A DNA stretch of 64,000 nt from Calditrichales bacterium (GCA_965267575.1 OZ254086.1:3328001-3392000), one strand, 5' to 3'. Positions 41,962 to 52,820 are shown, numbered from the stretch's first letter. Numbers and translations: made by a program. Notes: generated from the letters alone by a model not told the origin.

Positions 41962-44900
41962 ATTTATACTCTTCCCAGCTTTTAATGTCCACCCTGCTTA
42001 AATCCACATTTTTTAACGCTTCAGCGAGGCGCATGGCTATTTGCCTGTTGGTAATCAGGTTAACGTTAAAATCAACCGCAGCCCTGCGGATGAGGTAGCC
42101 ATTTGACAATTCATCTTTCTGGTAACTCTTGGGGATATTTATTACCAGATCCACTACACGGTTACGGATATAATCAATCGTATTGGGACTCTTTTCTTCC
42201 AGCGGCCAATGCAGATGTTGGACATCAAAACCGTTTGCTTCCATAAAGCTTGCCGTTCCTTCCGTTGCAAAAAACTGCACACCCATATCGCGAAAAATGC
42301 GCAACGGTTCCAGCAGCTCGGCTTTGGACTCAATGGTACCGGAGGAGATCAGGATGCCTTTTGGCGGAAGACGATAACCCACGGCCATCAGCGCTTTGAG
42401 AAATGCCTCGTTAAAGTCCGGCCCCATGCAGGCAACTTCACCCGTTGACGCCATTTCCACACCCAGAACGGGGTCGGCACCTTCCAGGCGCATAAAGGAG
42501 AACTGGGGCGCTTTTACAGCCACATATTCATGCTCAAAAAGAGAAGCTTCAACCGGATCCACGTGGTCCGTCATGATCGCTTTCGTGGCAAGCTCAATAA
42601 AGTTCTTTTTGAATGTTTTGCTTACAAAAGGGAAGCTTCTCGAGGCTCGTAAATTGCATTCAATAACTTTTACACGATTGTTTTTTGCCAGGAACTGGAT
42701 ATTAAAAGGGCCGGTAATATTGAGGTTTTCGGCCAGTTTCCTGCCCACGGCGCGAATCCTGCGCATTGTTTCCAGATAAGTACGCTGGGCCGGCAAAACG
42801 AGCGTTGCATCACCTGAATGCACGCCTGCGTTTTCAACGTGCTCGGAGATTGCGTATGCGATGATGCGTCCTTTCTGGGCAACCGCGTCGTACTCCAGCT
42901 CTTTGGCGTTTTCATAAAATTTGCTGATAACCGTGGGATGGTCCGGGGAAATGTCGACTGCTTTTTTAAGGTAAGACTCCAGCTCTTCCGGATTGGAAGC
43001 CACGGCCATCGCCGCCCCGCTTAGCACATAGGATGGCCGGACAAGAACAGGATAACCGACACGCTGCGCAAAACGTGTGGCGTCTTCAATGGATGTCAGC
43101 TCCTGCCACAGAGGCTGGTCTATTTCAAGCTGATCAAGCAGGCCGCTGAATTTGCGACGGTTTTCTGCGCTGTCAATGGAATCGGGCGGCGTACCAAGAA
43201 TGGGAACCCCGGCTCTTTGCAGGGGCAGGGCCAGGTTGTTGGGAATTTGCCCGCCCATGGAAATAATGGCGCCTTCCGTATCAAACTTATGGTGTATTTC
43301 AACAATGTTTTCCAGGGTAATCTCATCAAAGAAAAGCTCATCGGATTCGTCATAATCTGTACTGACGGTCTCCGGGTTGTAATTGAGCATGATAGTATTG
43401 TAGCCTAAAGCCCTCAGTGTCCTTGTGGCGTTTACGGCACACCAGTCAAACTCAACAGAGCTGCCGATACGGTAGGCTCCTGAACCCAAAATGAGGACGC
43501 GCTTCTTAGCGTCTTTACCCAGTACGATGTCGTCATCGATGGCGCTGTAGGTCAGGTAAAGGTAGTTTGTCTCCGCGGGATATTCTGCTGCCAGCGTATC
43601 AATTTGCCGGATAAACGGCCTCAGGTTGAAGTCGTGACGCTTTGTGCGAATGTCAGTTTCGGTTGTTTTCATCAGCCGGGCAATCTGCCTGTCCGCAAAG
43701 CCGTACTTTTTTGCCTCGGCCAGTAGCGGTTTCTCGATGGTTTCAATTTTTTCTTTCGATAAGAGCATCTTCAGGTCGTGAATATGCTTTAGCTTCTCCA
43801 GAAACCACTTGTTGATATGGCTTAGGCGGTGGATCTTGTCAACGTCATAGCCTTCGGAAAAGGCATCGGCAATGGCAAAGAGCCGATATTGTGTCGGCTG
43901 GCTAAGCTCCTGCCCGATATCCTCAAAATCCACATTCGTGTTATCAAATCCGTCCCAGCCTGTTTCCAGCATGCGGATAGCTTTTTGCAGCGCTTCTTCA
44001 AAATTGCGGCCAATGGACATCACTTCACCGACCGACTTCATGCTACTGCCGATTCTCTTGGAGACCAGGCGGAATTTGTTGAGGTCCCAGCGCGGGATTT
44101 TTACCACAACATAGTCCAGCGCCGGTTCAAACATGGCCGATGTCTTGCGTGTCACGCTGTTTTCAAGGTCAAACAGGCCGTAGCCCAGCGCCAGTTTACA
44201 GGCCACATAGGCAAGGGGATAGCCCGTTGCTTTGGAAGCCAGGGCCGAACTGCGCGACAACCGGGCATTCACCTCGATAACGCGGTAATCTTCGGAGTCC
44301 GGGTTATAGGCAATCTGAATATTACATTCTCCGATAACACCCAGGTGCTGAATCGTTTTGATCGATACGTCGCGCAGAATATGATAGTCGCGGTTGGACA
44401 GTGTCTGGCTGGGAGCCACGACGATACTCTCGCCCGTATGAATGCCCATCGGGTCAAAATTTTCCATGTTGCAAACGGTAATACAGTTGTCAAAGCGATC
44501 GCGTACAACCTCGTATTCAACCTCTTTCCAGCCGGTCAGGTCTTCTTCGATCAGCACTTGTTCCGTATGCTGAAAAGCCACATGACACTTTTCACGCAAA
44601 GCTTTTTCGTCCTTGCATATCCCGGAGCCCAGACCGCCTAACGCAAAGGCCACCCGCAGCATGACCGGAAAGCCCAATTCCGCAGCTATCTCGTTGGCTT
44701 CTTTAAAGGACGTGGCCACACGGCTCCGTGCCGTCTTTACATCAATCTCCTTGAGCTTTTTTACAAACAGATCACGGTCTTCCGTGTCCAGAATGGATTG
44801 TACAGGTGTACCCAGTACGCGCACACTGTGTTTTTCCAGAATGCCTTTCTTAAAAAGCTCAACGCCGGTGTTCAGCGCTGTCTGACCGCCAAAACTTAGC

Positions 44901-45151
44901 AACAGTCCATCCGGTTTTTCTTTGGCGATTACCTCTTCCACAAACTTTGCGTTTACCGGTAAAAAGTAGACTTTATCCGCTAGGTGATCGGACGTCTGTA
45001 TCGTGGCGATATTGGGGTTTATCAGAATAGTTTCAATGTCTTCTGTTTTCAGCGCTTTGATGGCCTGGCTGCCGGAATAATCAAACTCCCCGGCTTCACC
45101 GATTTTGAGGGCCGCGCTGCCTAAAACAAGTACTTTTTTTATATTCTCCAT
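41960..45151 (-). CDS. carB: Carbamoyl-phosphate synthase large subunit
   Basis: KIGEAGEFDYSGSQA, NMENFDPMGIHTGES, IEVNARLSRSSALASKATGYP; duplicated ATP-grasp; MGS-like C-terminus. Confidence 0.97.
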   Translation of the reverse strand: MENIKKVLVLGSAALKIGEAGEFDYSGSQAIKALKTEDIETILINPNIATIQTSDHLADKVYFLPVNAKFVEEVIAKEKPDGLLLSFGGQTALNTGVELFKKGILEKHSVRVLGTPVQSILDTEDRDLFVKKLKEIDVKTARSRVATSFKEANEIAAELGFPVMLRVAFALGGLGSGICKDEKALREKCHVAFQHTEQVLIEEDLTGWKEVEYEVVRDRFDNCITVCNMENFDPMGIHTGESIVVAPSQTLSNRDYHILRDVSIKTIQHLGVIGECNIQIAYNPDSEDYRVIEVNARLSRSSALASKATGYPLAYVACKLALGYGLFDLENSVTRKTSAMFEPALDYVVVKIPRWDLNKFRLVSKRIGSSMKSVGEVMSIGRNFEEALQKAIRMLETGWDGFDNTNVDFEDIGQELSQPTQYRLFAIADAFSEGYDVDKIHRLSHINKWFLEKLKHIHDLKMLLSKEKIETIEKPLLAEAKKYGFADRQIARLMKTTETDIRTKRHDFNLRPFIRQIDTLAAEYPAETNYLYLTYSAIDDDIVLGKDAKKRVLILGSGAYRIGSSVEFDWCAVNATRTLRALGYNTIMLNYNPETVSTDYDESDELFFDEITLENIVEIHHKFDTEGAIISMGGQIPNNLALPLQRAGVPILGTPPDSIDSAENRRKFSGLLDQLEIDQPLWQELTSIEDATRFAQRVGYPVLVRPSYVLSGAAMAVASNPEELESYLKKAVDISPDHPTVISKFYENAKELEYDAVAQKGRIIAYAISEHVENAGVHSGDATLVLPAQRTYLETMRRIRAVGRKLAENLNITGPFNIQFLAKNNRVKVIECNLRASRSFPFVSKTFKKNFIELATKAIMTDHVDPVEASLFEHEYVAVKAPQFSFMRLEGADPVLGVEMASTGEVACMGPDFNEAFLKALMAVGYRLPPKGILISSGTIESKAELLEPLRIFRDMGVQFFATEGTASFMEANGFDVQHLHWPLEEKSPNTIDYIRNRVVDLVINIPKSYQKDELSNGYLIRRAAVDFNVNLITNRQIAMRLAEALKNVDLSRVDIKSWEEYK

Positions 45152-46209
45152 TATAATAGCTCTGTAAATTTGTTAAAGATTATCGATGTGTCATAGGGGC
45201 CGGGCGCTGCTTCCGGGTGGAACTGAACGCTGAGAAAACGGCCGCTTTCGTGGATGATACCTTCGTTCGTGTGGTCGTTCAGATTGTTGAAGTAGGGTTT
45301 CCACTCTTTGGGCAGGGTATCATTATCAACGGCGAATCCGTGGTTCTGCGATGTGACATAGCAGCGATTTGTGCCGCTTTCACGTACCGGCTGATTCTGA
45401 CTGCGGTGACCGAATTTAAGCTTGAATGTTTTCGCGCCGGCGGCCAGGGCCATCACCTGGTGTCCCAGGCAAATACCAAGCAAGGGTTTTTCAGTACGGT
45501 AAATCTTTTTTACCTGTTCGATGACATCCGTGCACAGGGCGGGATCGCCCGGTCCGCTGGAGATGACATAGCCGTCTACCTTCTCGGTCGTCATATCGTG
45601 CTTCCAGGGTAGTCGGATTACTTCCAGGTCACGATCCAGGAGGTTGGTCAGAATGGATTGTTTGCAGCCGCAATCCAGCAGCGCCACCCGTCTGCGCCCG
45701 CCCTCGTTATGTAGTTTGGGCTCAGGGATAGTCACTTCATCAAGCAGGTTTTTGGCGTTTGGATCATACCACTCCACGTCCTGGTCTTGGGCAATTATTT
45801 TGCCCAGGCAGGCGCCTTTTTCCCGCAGATGCTGGGTGAGTGCGCGCGTATCGACGCCGGTAAGCGCCGGTATCTTTTCGCTTTTAAGCCACGCGTCCAG
45901 GGACATGCGGGCGTCATGGTGTGCAAATTGATCGGAATATTCCGAGACAATTAGTCCTTTGGCCTGAATGCGCACCGATTCAAAGGAACGCGCTTCCCTG
46001 GGATCGCCGACGCCGTAATTGCCAATCAGCGGATAGGTGAGTGTAAGGATCTGCCCGTAAAAGGACGGGTCTGTGAGGGCTTCCGTGTAACCTACCATGC
46101 CGGTGCTGAAAACGACCTCACCGGACACGGAAGTCGGGTGCCCGAATAGACGGCCTTCAAATCGGGTACCGTCTTCGAGGATAAGATATCCGTTGTTGTG
46201 TATGTTCAT
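45151..46209 (-). CDS. carA: Carbamoyl-phosphate synthase small subunit
   Basis: GEVVFSTGMVGY, SGPGDP, GICLGHQ, SQNHGFAV, QFHPE. Confidence 0.97.
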   Translation of the reverse strand: MNIHNNGYLILEDGTRFEGRLFGHPTSVSGEVVFSTGMVGYTEALTDPSFYGQILTLTYPLIGNYGVGDPREARSFESVRIQAKGLIVSEYSDQFAHHDARMSLDAWLKSEKIPALTGVDTRALTQHLREKGACLGKIIAQDQDVEWYDPNAKNLLDEVTIPEPKLHNEGGRRRVALLDCGCKQSILTNLLDRDLEVIRLPWKHDMTTEKVDGYVISSGPGDPALCTDVIEQVKKIYRTEKPLLGICLGHQVMALAAGAKTFKLKFGHRSQNQPVRESGTNRCYVTSQNHGFAVDNDTLPKEWKPYFNNLNDHTNEGIIHESGRFLSVQFHPEAAPGPYDTSIIFNKFTELL

Positions 46210-46313
46210 AGGGGATTGTTTCTTTTTTGGGATTTAAATATAAGTTACTGTGCTTTATAATGAAAAACTTATTTCTTAATTTCGAAGTTTGCAGAAATGA
46301 TGAGGCTTAGATT

Positions 46314-46868
46314 ATGAAACTCTATACCGGGTTTGGTGACAAAGGTGAAACCGCCCTGTTTGGCGGCGAAATCGTTAAAAAAAATCATGCGCGTGTTGAG
46401 ACCTATGGTTCATTGGATGAATTGAATTCCGTCGTTGGCCTGCTGAGGGTAAAGAATAAAAATCAAACAGTCGATGAACTGCTTAACACTATTCAAAATG
46501 AGCTGTTTGTTTTTGGGGCAGAGGTGGCGACGCCAAGTCAAAGCCGGCGCGAAAAATTCAGCGACCAGATCGGTAAAAAGCATATCAGCGCGTTGGAACA
46601 AGCTATCGATGACATCGCCGCGAAATCGCCGGAATTGAAAGCATTTGTTTTGCCCGGTGGCAGCGAAGCCGCGGCTTTCGCGCATCTGGCACGGACCGTG
46701 TGCCGACGCTGCGAGCGCGCTTTGATAAAACTGAATGACGAGTCAACTGTTCGCGAAGAATTGATAATCTACCTTAACCGCCTGAGCGATCTGCTATTTG
46801 CAATAGCCCGTTATGAAAATGTGCTTAATAATACGGAAGATATACCATGGACCGGACTGCGAAAGTGA
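46314..46868 (+). CDS. PduO-type cob(I)alamin adenosyltransferase
   Basis: KLYTGFGDKGET, YGSLDELNS, FVLPGG, ARTVCRRCER, YLNRLSDLLF. Confidence 0.93.
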   Translation: MKLYTGFGDKGETALFGGEIVKKNHARVETYGSLDELNSVVGLLRVKNKNQTVDELLNTIQNELFVFGAEVATPSQSRREKFSDQIGKKHISALEQAIDDIAAKSPELKAFVLPGGSEAAAFAHLARTVCRRCERALIKLNDESTVREELIIYLNRLSDLLFAIARYENVLNNTEDIPWTGLRK

Positions 46869-46873
46869 AATCT

Positions 46874-49078
46874 ATGAATTATATAAAAACGTGGTTGTTA
46901 ATATCCATCCTTTTTTTTCCTGCCATCGGTTTAGGGCAAATCCCCGATGGCTATTATGATAAAGCCGAAGGCAAAAGCGGGGAAAACCTGAAAAGCGCTC
47001 TGCACGATATTGTCAATCAACACAAGGTTTTTTCTTACAGCAGTTTGTGGAATGTATTGCGCTACACGGATGAAGACACGGCCAACACCGATAATGTCAT
47101 TTTGCTTTATACGGGGCGCTCACAATCGAAATTTTTTAGCGGCGGTGATCCCGATGAGTGGAACCGCGAGCACGTATGGGCAAAATCGCACGGATTTCCG
47201 GATGAAAGCGATACGGCCTATACCGACGCCCATCATATCCGGCCGACCGATGTTTCCGTAAACGGTTCGCGCGGCAACCTGGATTTTGATAATGGCGGAT
47301 CGCCGCATCCCGAAGCGACGGAGTGCTTTTTTGACAATGATTCCTGGGAACCTCGTGATGCGGTAAAGGGCGACGTTGCGCGCATGATGTTCTACATGGC
47401 CGTTCGTTATGAGCAGGACGGAGAATATGACTTGGAACTGGTTGAAGGTATTCCTTCATCCGGGCCGACTTTCGGCAAGCTGACGACATTGCTGCAATGG
47501 CATGAAAGCGATCCCGTTGACAACTATGAAAGACGGCGTAACGACAGGATTTACAGTTATCAGAACAACCGCAATCCATTTATTGACCATCCGGAATACG
47601 TTGATCTGATCTGGAAAGAAGAGATAAAGCCGGAACCGGAACGCCATGTTCGAAACCTTGAAGCCGGCGCCGTGGGCACCTCGGTTACTCTGACATGGGA
47701 TGACGCGATCGGCCAGGTATTGCCGGAATATTACCTGATTATGGCAAGTGACGGCGGTTTTGCCGGAATCACAAATCCGCAAGACGGCACTTCATATGAA
47801 GATGATGTCAACCTTGGCGATGGCGCGGCAATTGTTACCGTGCCCTACAGAGAAACATCCTTTATCTTCGAAAATCTATCGCCGACGCGAACATACTATT
47901 TCAAGATATACAGCTACAACAACACGGGTGTTAACAGCGACTACAAAACGGACGGAGATATACCACAGGCCAGTGCTGTTACCGGTGGCGCCGGATTAGC
48001 CGGAGAGCTGATCATCTCCGAATATGTTGAAGGATCGGGGTTTGATAAGTATGTGGAAATATTTAACGGGTCTGAAAATAGTATTGATCTTTCTGCCTAC
48101 GATGTGCAAGTCTATTTCAACGGAAGCAGCGGCGCGGGAAGTACAATCGCTTTAAACGGAATGCTGGAGAGCGGCAAGGCTTTTGTACTGGCGCATCCGT
48201 CGGCCACATCCTGGAGCGGCACGCCCGATTTAACGAGCGCTGATCTGGGCTTTAACGGCAACGATGTGGTGCTGTTGCGTAAAAACAGCATCGGTATTGA
48301 TATAATTGGCGAAATCGGCAGCAGTGAAGAGCTTTTTGCGGATAAAACGTTGCGCCGCAAAGCCGAAATAAACGCGCCATCGGACAACTACGATCCATCA
48401 CAATGGGATGAACCGGGCCTGGTTTTTGAAGATTTGGGCCGGCATACAATGAACAGCCTGCTACCCGTGCAGCTGGTCTATTTTGACGGCGAGATGACCC
48501 AGAGCGACAGTGCTCAATTAAGCTGGCAAACATCTTCTGAAGAAGAGATTAAAGGATTTGCGCTAAAACGATCTGACAATGAAGGCGCGACTTTTGTGCC
48601 GGTGGCAGGGCCGGACGCATTGCCGGGAAAAGGCAGCGCGGAGCAGGGCGCCGATTACATTTTCAACGATGCGCCGGACGTACAGGCGGCTTTTTATCTT
48701 TACCGCCTGTATGCGGTCAATTTGCAGGATGCAGAGGTTCTGCTTGATGAAACGACGGTTACTCGGGCCACTAGACTTGAAGAAAAGGGCCTTTTGCCTG
48801 AAAGCGCACGACTGAAGCAAAGCTATCCCAACCCCTTTAATCCTTCAACAACGATTCCGGTGCAGGTTCACAAAGCCGGCCGCCTGCTTCTGGAAATCTA
48901 TGATGTTTCCGGACGACGGGTTCAAAGGCTTTATTACGGTGCGGTAAATGCCGGCAATTACAGCTTTACGTGGCATGGGGTTTATGAAAACGGAAGCAAA
49001 GCCGGATCGGGAATATATTTTGTCCGCGCAAACCTGAATGGAATGGTGATGTCACAAAAAATAATCCTTCTGAAATAG
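46874..49078 (+). CDS. Secreted endonuclease I (Bsn/EndA-like) + Fn3-like + lamin-tail domain + C-terminal sorting domain, copy 1
   Basis: Signal peptide; WNREHVWAKSHG, HHIRP, KGDVARMMFYMAVRY, NRNPFIDHPE; LTD IISEYVEGS..KYVEIFNG; YPNPFNP tail. Confidence 0.88.
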   Translation: MNYIKTWLLISILFFPAIGLGQIPDGYYDKAEGKSGENLKSALHDIVNQHKVFSYSSLWNVLRYTDEDTANTDNVILLYTGRSQSKFFSGGDPDEWNREHVWAKSHGFPDESDTAYTDAHHIRPTDVSVNGSRGNLDFDNGGSPHPEATECFFDNDSWEPRDAVKGDVARMMFYMAVRYEQDGEYDLELVEGIPSSGPTFGKLTTLLQWHESDPVDNYERRRNDRIYSYQNNRNPFIDHPEYVDLIWKEEIKPEPERHVRNLEAGAVGTSVTLTWDDAIGQVLPEYYLIMASDGGFAGITNPQDGTSYEDDVNLGDGAAIVTVPYRETSFIFENLSPTRTYYFKIYSYNNTGVNSDYKTDGDIPQASAVTGGAGLAGELIISEYVEGSGFDKYVEIFNGSENSIDLSAYDVQVYFNGSSGAGSTIALNGMLESGKAFVLAHPSATSWSGTPDLTSADLGFNGNDVVLLRKNSIGIDIIGEIGSSEELFADKTLRRKAEINAPSDNYDPSQWDEPGLVFEDLGRHTMNSLLPVQLVYFDGEMTQSDSAQLSWQTSSEEEIKGFALKRSDNEGATFVPVAGPDALPGKGSAEQGADYIFNDAPDVQAAFYLYRLYAVNLQDAEVLLDETTVTRATRLEEKGLLPESARLKQSYPNPFNPSTTIPVQVHKAGRLLLEIYDVSGRRVQRLYYGAVNAGNYSFTWHGVYENGSKAGSGIYFVRANLNGMVMSQKIILLK

Positions 49079-49192
49079 CCTGCTTTTGCCAAAAGTATAT
49101 CGTTATAAATAGTGCTCGGTCTTTTCTTTTTTGTTTAGCCGGATTGTATGCCTGCCGATAATGGAGAGAATACTTCAAGGAGGAAATTTTAA

Positions 49193-51397
49193 TTGTTTCG
49201 ATCAATATGGATGTTGTTATTGCCGTTGGTGCTGCTTGCCCAAATTCCCGCGGGCTATTACGACAGCGCAGCGGGCAAAAGCGGCAATGAGCTGAAGAAC
49301 ACGCTGCATAATATCATAAATGACCACGTGCGTTATCCCTATTCATCCACATCCACGGATGTGTGGGATATTTTGATGTATTGCGACGAGGACAGCACCA
49401 ACACGGATAACGTAATTTTGCTCTATACCGGGCGTTCACAGGCAAAAAGCCTAAACGCCAGCCTTGGCAGCGATCCCGACTACTGGAACCGTGAACATGT
49501 CTGGTCAAAGTCGCACGGCTTTCCCAATGAAAGTGACACAGCCTATACCGATGTTCACCATCTGCGCCCGGTTGATGCTTCGGTAAACAGCTCACGCAGC
49601 AATAAGGATTTTGATAATGGCGGTGAACCGCACAGTGAGGCCACGGAATGCAATGCCGACAGCGATTCCTGGGAGGTGCGCGATGCGGTGAAAGGGGATG
49701 TGGCGCGCATGATGTTTTATATGGCTGTGCGCTATGAGGAAGACGGCAATTATGATCTGGAACTGGTGGAGACAATACCGTCATCCGGACCACAGTTTGC
49801 CAAACTGGCTACCCTGCTTGAGTGGCACCAGAATGATCCGGTGGATGCCGGAGAAAGACGCCGCAACGACCGCGTGTACAGCTACCAAAACAACCGCAAC
49901 CCGTTTATTGATCATCCCGAATATGTGGATTTAATCTGGGGCAGCGCCTCCATCAAAGAGGAGCCGTCGAACCACGTCAGCGGCTTCAGCGCCACGGGCA
50001 ATGGTCTCACCGTCGATCTGTCATGGAGCGATGGCGGCGGCGCGGTGACGGCAGACTATTATCTAATCAAGGGTTCAACCAGTGGGTTTTCAGCCATTGC
50101 TGATCCGCAGGATAGCGTTGCCGTCAGCGATGATACAGACTTTTCCGATGGCAGTGCGACCGTAAATGTGGCTTATGGTACGACCAGCTATACCTTTGAA
50201 AATCTTTCCGAAAGCAGCTCATACTTTTTTAAAATTTACAGCTTCACCAACAGCGGCGTTAACAGTAACTACAAAATCGATGGCACTATTTCACAGGACA
50301 GCGCCGAAACCGGGTCCTCGTCCGGCGCTACTAATCTGTTCATTTCAGAATATGTGGAAGGGTCGTCTTATGATAAATACCTGGAGCTGTACAACGGTAC
50401 TTCAGGCAGTATTGATCTCTCCGGCTATGACATCCAGATATACTATAACGGCGATTTGAGTCCGGGTACGACTATCTCCTTTTCGGGAACGCTTTCACCG
50501 GGTCAGACTTTCGTTATCGCCCATGGCAGTGCCGCATCGTGGGGCGGTTCGCCCGATCTTTCCACGTCGGCCCTGAACTTCAACGGCAATGATGTGGTTG
50601 TACTGCGCAAGGGTTCCACGGACATAGATATTATCGGTGCTAAGGGCAGCACCGACTATCTTTACCAGGATAAAACAATGTGTCGGTCTTCAACGGTCAC
50701 AGGTCCATCCGGCACATACCAAAGCAGCGAATGGACAGAACCGGGGCTCAGCTTTGATAATTTGGGCACGCACAATATGGACAATCCGTTGCCGGTAAAA
50801 GTGCTTTTTTTCCGGTCATCGCAAAACAGAAATCATGTGCACCTGCAATGGCAAACCGGCGCCGAAATACGTAACCGCGGTTTCCGGCTTTTCCGCTCGG
50901 AAAACGGCGGGCCATTTGCGCTTGTTGCCGGTGAAAGCGAGCTGAGAGGGCAGGGCAACAGCAACATAATTAAAGATTACAGCTATCGTGATACGCCGCC
51001 GCGCGCCGCGCAATACATCTACCGGCTTTATGATCTGGATTACAACGGGCACAGCACAATGCTGGCTGAAACAGCGATAGATTTCACAGCAGAGTCAAGG
51101 CAATCGGGCATGCAGCCTTTAACAACGGCGATTAACGGCAATGTGCCCAACCCCTTTAACAGTACAACGCAGATTGCATTTATGTGTGATGAAGCGCAGC
51201 AGGTGGAACTGGCAGTTTATGATATCCGCGGACGCTTTGTAAAGATGCTTTTTCGCGGCCAGGCTCCGGCCGGAGAGAGTAGTGTGCGCTGGAACGGCCA
51301 AAGTGCCGCCGGAATTGATGTAGCCAGCGGTGTGTACATTTATGTTTTCAAAAGCCCTCGTCTGCAAGCCAGTCAAAGAATGTTGCTGATTCGCTGA
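49193..51397 (+). CDS. Secreted endonuclease I paralog with the same architecture, copy 2
   Basis: TTG start after AAGGAGG; WNREHVWSKSHG, KGDVARMMFYMAVRY, FISEYVEGS, VPNPFNS tail. Confidence 0.88.
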   Translation: MFRSIWMLLLPLVLLAQIPAGYYDSAAGKSGNELKNTLHNIINDHVRYPYSSTSTDVWDILMYCDEDSTNTDNVILLYTGRSQAKSLNASLGSDPDYWNREHVWSKSHGFPNESDTAYTDVHHLRPVDASVNSSRSNKDFDNGGEPHSEATECNADSDSWEVRDAVKGDVARMMFYMAVRYEEDGNYDLELVETIPSSGPQFAKLATLLEWHQNDPVDAGERRRNDRVYSYQNNRNPFIDHPEYVDLIWGSASIKEEPSNHVSGFSATGNGLTVDLSWSDGGGAVTADYYLIKGSTSGFSAIADPQDSVAVSDDTDFSDGSATVNVAYGTTSYTFENLSESSSYFFKIYSFTNSGVNSNYKIDGTISQDSAETGSSSGATNLFISEYVEGSSYDKYLELYNGTSGSIDLSGYDIQIYYNGDLSPGTTISFSGTLSPGQTFVIAHGSAASWGGSPDLSTSALNFNGNDVVVLRKGSTDIDIIGAKGSTDYLYQDKTMCRSSTVTGPSGTYQSSEWTEPGLSFDNLGTHNMDNPLPVKVLFFRSSQNRNHVHLQWQTGAEIRNRGFRLFRSENGGPFALVAGESELRGQGNSNIIKDYSYRDTPPRAAQYIYRLYDLDYNGHSTMLAETAIDFTAESRQSGMQPLTTAINGNVPNPFNSTTQIAFMCDEAQQVELAVYDIRGRFVKMLFRGQAPAGESSVRWNGQSAAGIDVASGVYIYVFKSPRLQASQRMLLIR

Positions 51398-51473
51398 TTC
51401 TTTTTGTGGATATTTTAGATCGGCTAACCTAAATTTGCCCTTGTTAAACGACCGACTCAGGAAATCTCCGTTT

Positions 51474-52718
51474 ATGTACGCCTTTGATGTTGATGTGGCC
51501 GTTTTGGGCGCAGGCCCGGGTGGCGCCACCGCTTCCATTTTTCTTTCCCGTGAAAATATCGATCATGTTGTGCTGGAAAAGGCCCGTTATCCGCGTGACA
51601 AAGTGTGCGGTGATGCCCTGAGCGGCAAAGTCGTTGCCGTGCTTAATTCGATCGATCCTAAAATAGCCTACGAATTTGATGAGAGTCCTGACTATATGAA
51701 TTGTTGGGGTGTGCAGTTTATCGCACCCAACGGCCGCGCGCTGGACATACCTTTCCGCAAGGACAAAAGCGAGCAGCCTTACGCGCCGGGCTTTATCGCC
51801 AAACGCCAGGTTTTTGATAATTACATGTTCGGGTTGATTGATTCATCCCGCGCGGATGTCCGTCAGGGTTGTACGGTAAAAGATGTCCGCGATATGGGCA
51901 ATGCTATTGAGATAGATTTTGTGGACGATGGGGAAGAAAAGACCGGACGCGCCAAAGTGGTAATCGGCGCCGAAGGGGACCGTTCCGTCGTGGCTAAAAA
52001 GCTTGCCGCGCATAAAATGGATCGCCGCTATTATGCCGCCGGACTGCGCGCCTACTACAAAAACGTGGGCCACATGCACGAGCAAAGCTTCATAGAGCTG
52101 CATTATATAAAAGATGTATTGCCCGGCTACCTGTGGATATTTCCGTTACCGAACAACGAGGCAAATGTCGGCATTGGCCTGCTTTCCGAAAAGCTGGAAA
52201 ATAAAAGCCTCAATCTAAAAAAAATGATGCTGGATCAGCTCGAAACTCATCCCAATCTGAAAGATCGTTTTGCCACGGCGGAGCTTGTTGATTCCATCCG
52301 CGGCTGGGGATTGCCCCTCGGCTCCGTAAAACGTAATCTCAGCGGTGAACGTTTTATGCTGGTGGGGGATGCCGGCTCACTGATTGATCCGTTTACCGGG
52401 GAAGGCATCGGTAACGCCATGGTCAGTGGCCGCTTTGCCGGAAAACTTGCTGCCAAAGCCATTCGTGAAAAGAATTTCAGCGCCGCTTTTTTGAAGGAAT
52501 ATGAAAACCAGGTCTATACCAAACTGTGGGATGAACTGCGGCTCAGTTATACGATTCAGCGTTTGGTTAATTTTCCCTGGTTATTCAATTTTGTTGTTAA
52601 CCACGCCCTGAGAAACAAAACCGTTCAGGAAACCATGTCCTGCATGTTCGAAGACCTGAATATGCGCGCCAAACTTAAGTCGCCCGCGTTTTATTTTAAG
52701 CTGTTGTTCGATTTTTAG
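51474..52718 (+). CDS. Geranylgeranyl reductase-family FAD oxidoreductase
   Basis: GAGPGG, PRDKVCGDAL, GYLWIFP, GDAGSLIDPFTGEGI. Confidence 0.88.
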   Translation: MYAFDVDVAVLGAGPGGATASIFLSRENIDHVVLEKARYPRDKVCGDALSGKVVAVLNSIDPKIAYEFDESPDYMNCWGVQFIAPNGRALDIPFRKDKSEQPYAPGFIAKRQVFDNYMFGLIDSSRADVRQGCTVKDVRDMGNAIEIDFVDDGEEKTGRAKVVIGAEGDRSVVAKKLAAHKMDRRYYAAGLRAYYKNVGHMHEQSFIELHYIKDVLPGYLWIFPLPNNEANVGIGLLSEKLENKSLNLKKMMLDQLETHPNLKDRFATAELVDSIRGWGLPLGSVKRNLSGERFMLVGDAGSLIDPFTGEGIGNAMVSGRFAGKLAAKAIREKNFSAAFLKEYENQVYTKLWDELRLSYTIQRLVNFPWLFNFVVNHALRNKTVQETMSCMFEDLNMRAKLKSPAFYFKLLFDF

Positions 52719-52820
52719 CTGATTGTTCCGCGTACGCACGGGCCGTGCGGATCGGCTAATCGACGAAGCCGGCCTTATCCATTACTTTGGTAATCTCACC
52801 CCTCGCCACCTCAATATTTA

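Noticed and set aside
43829..44641. 270-aa plus-strand ORF
   Set aside because: Antisense shadow inside carB; the same applies to the many other nested ORFs in the track.
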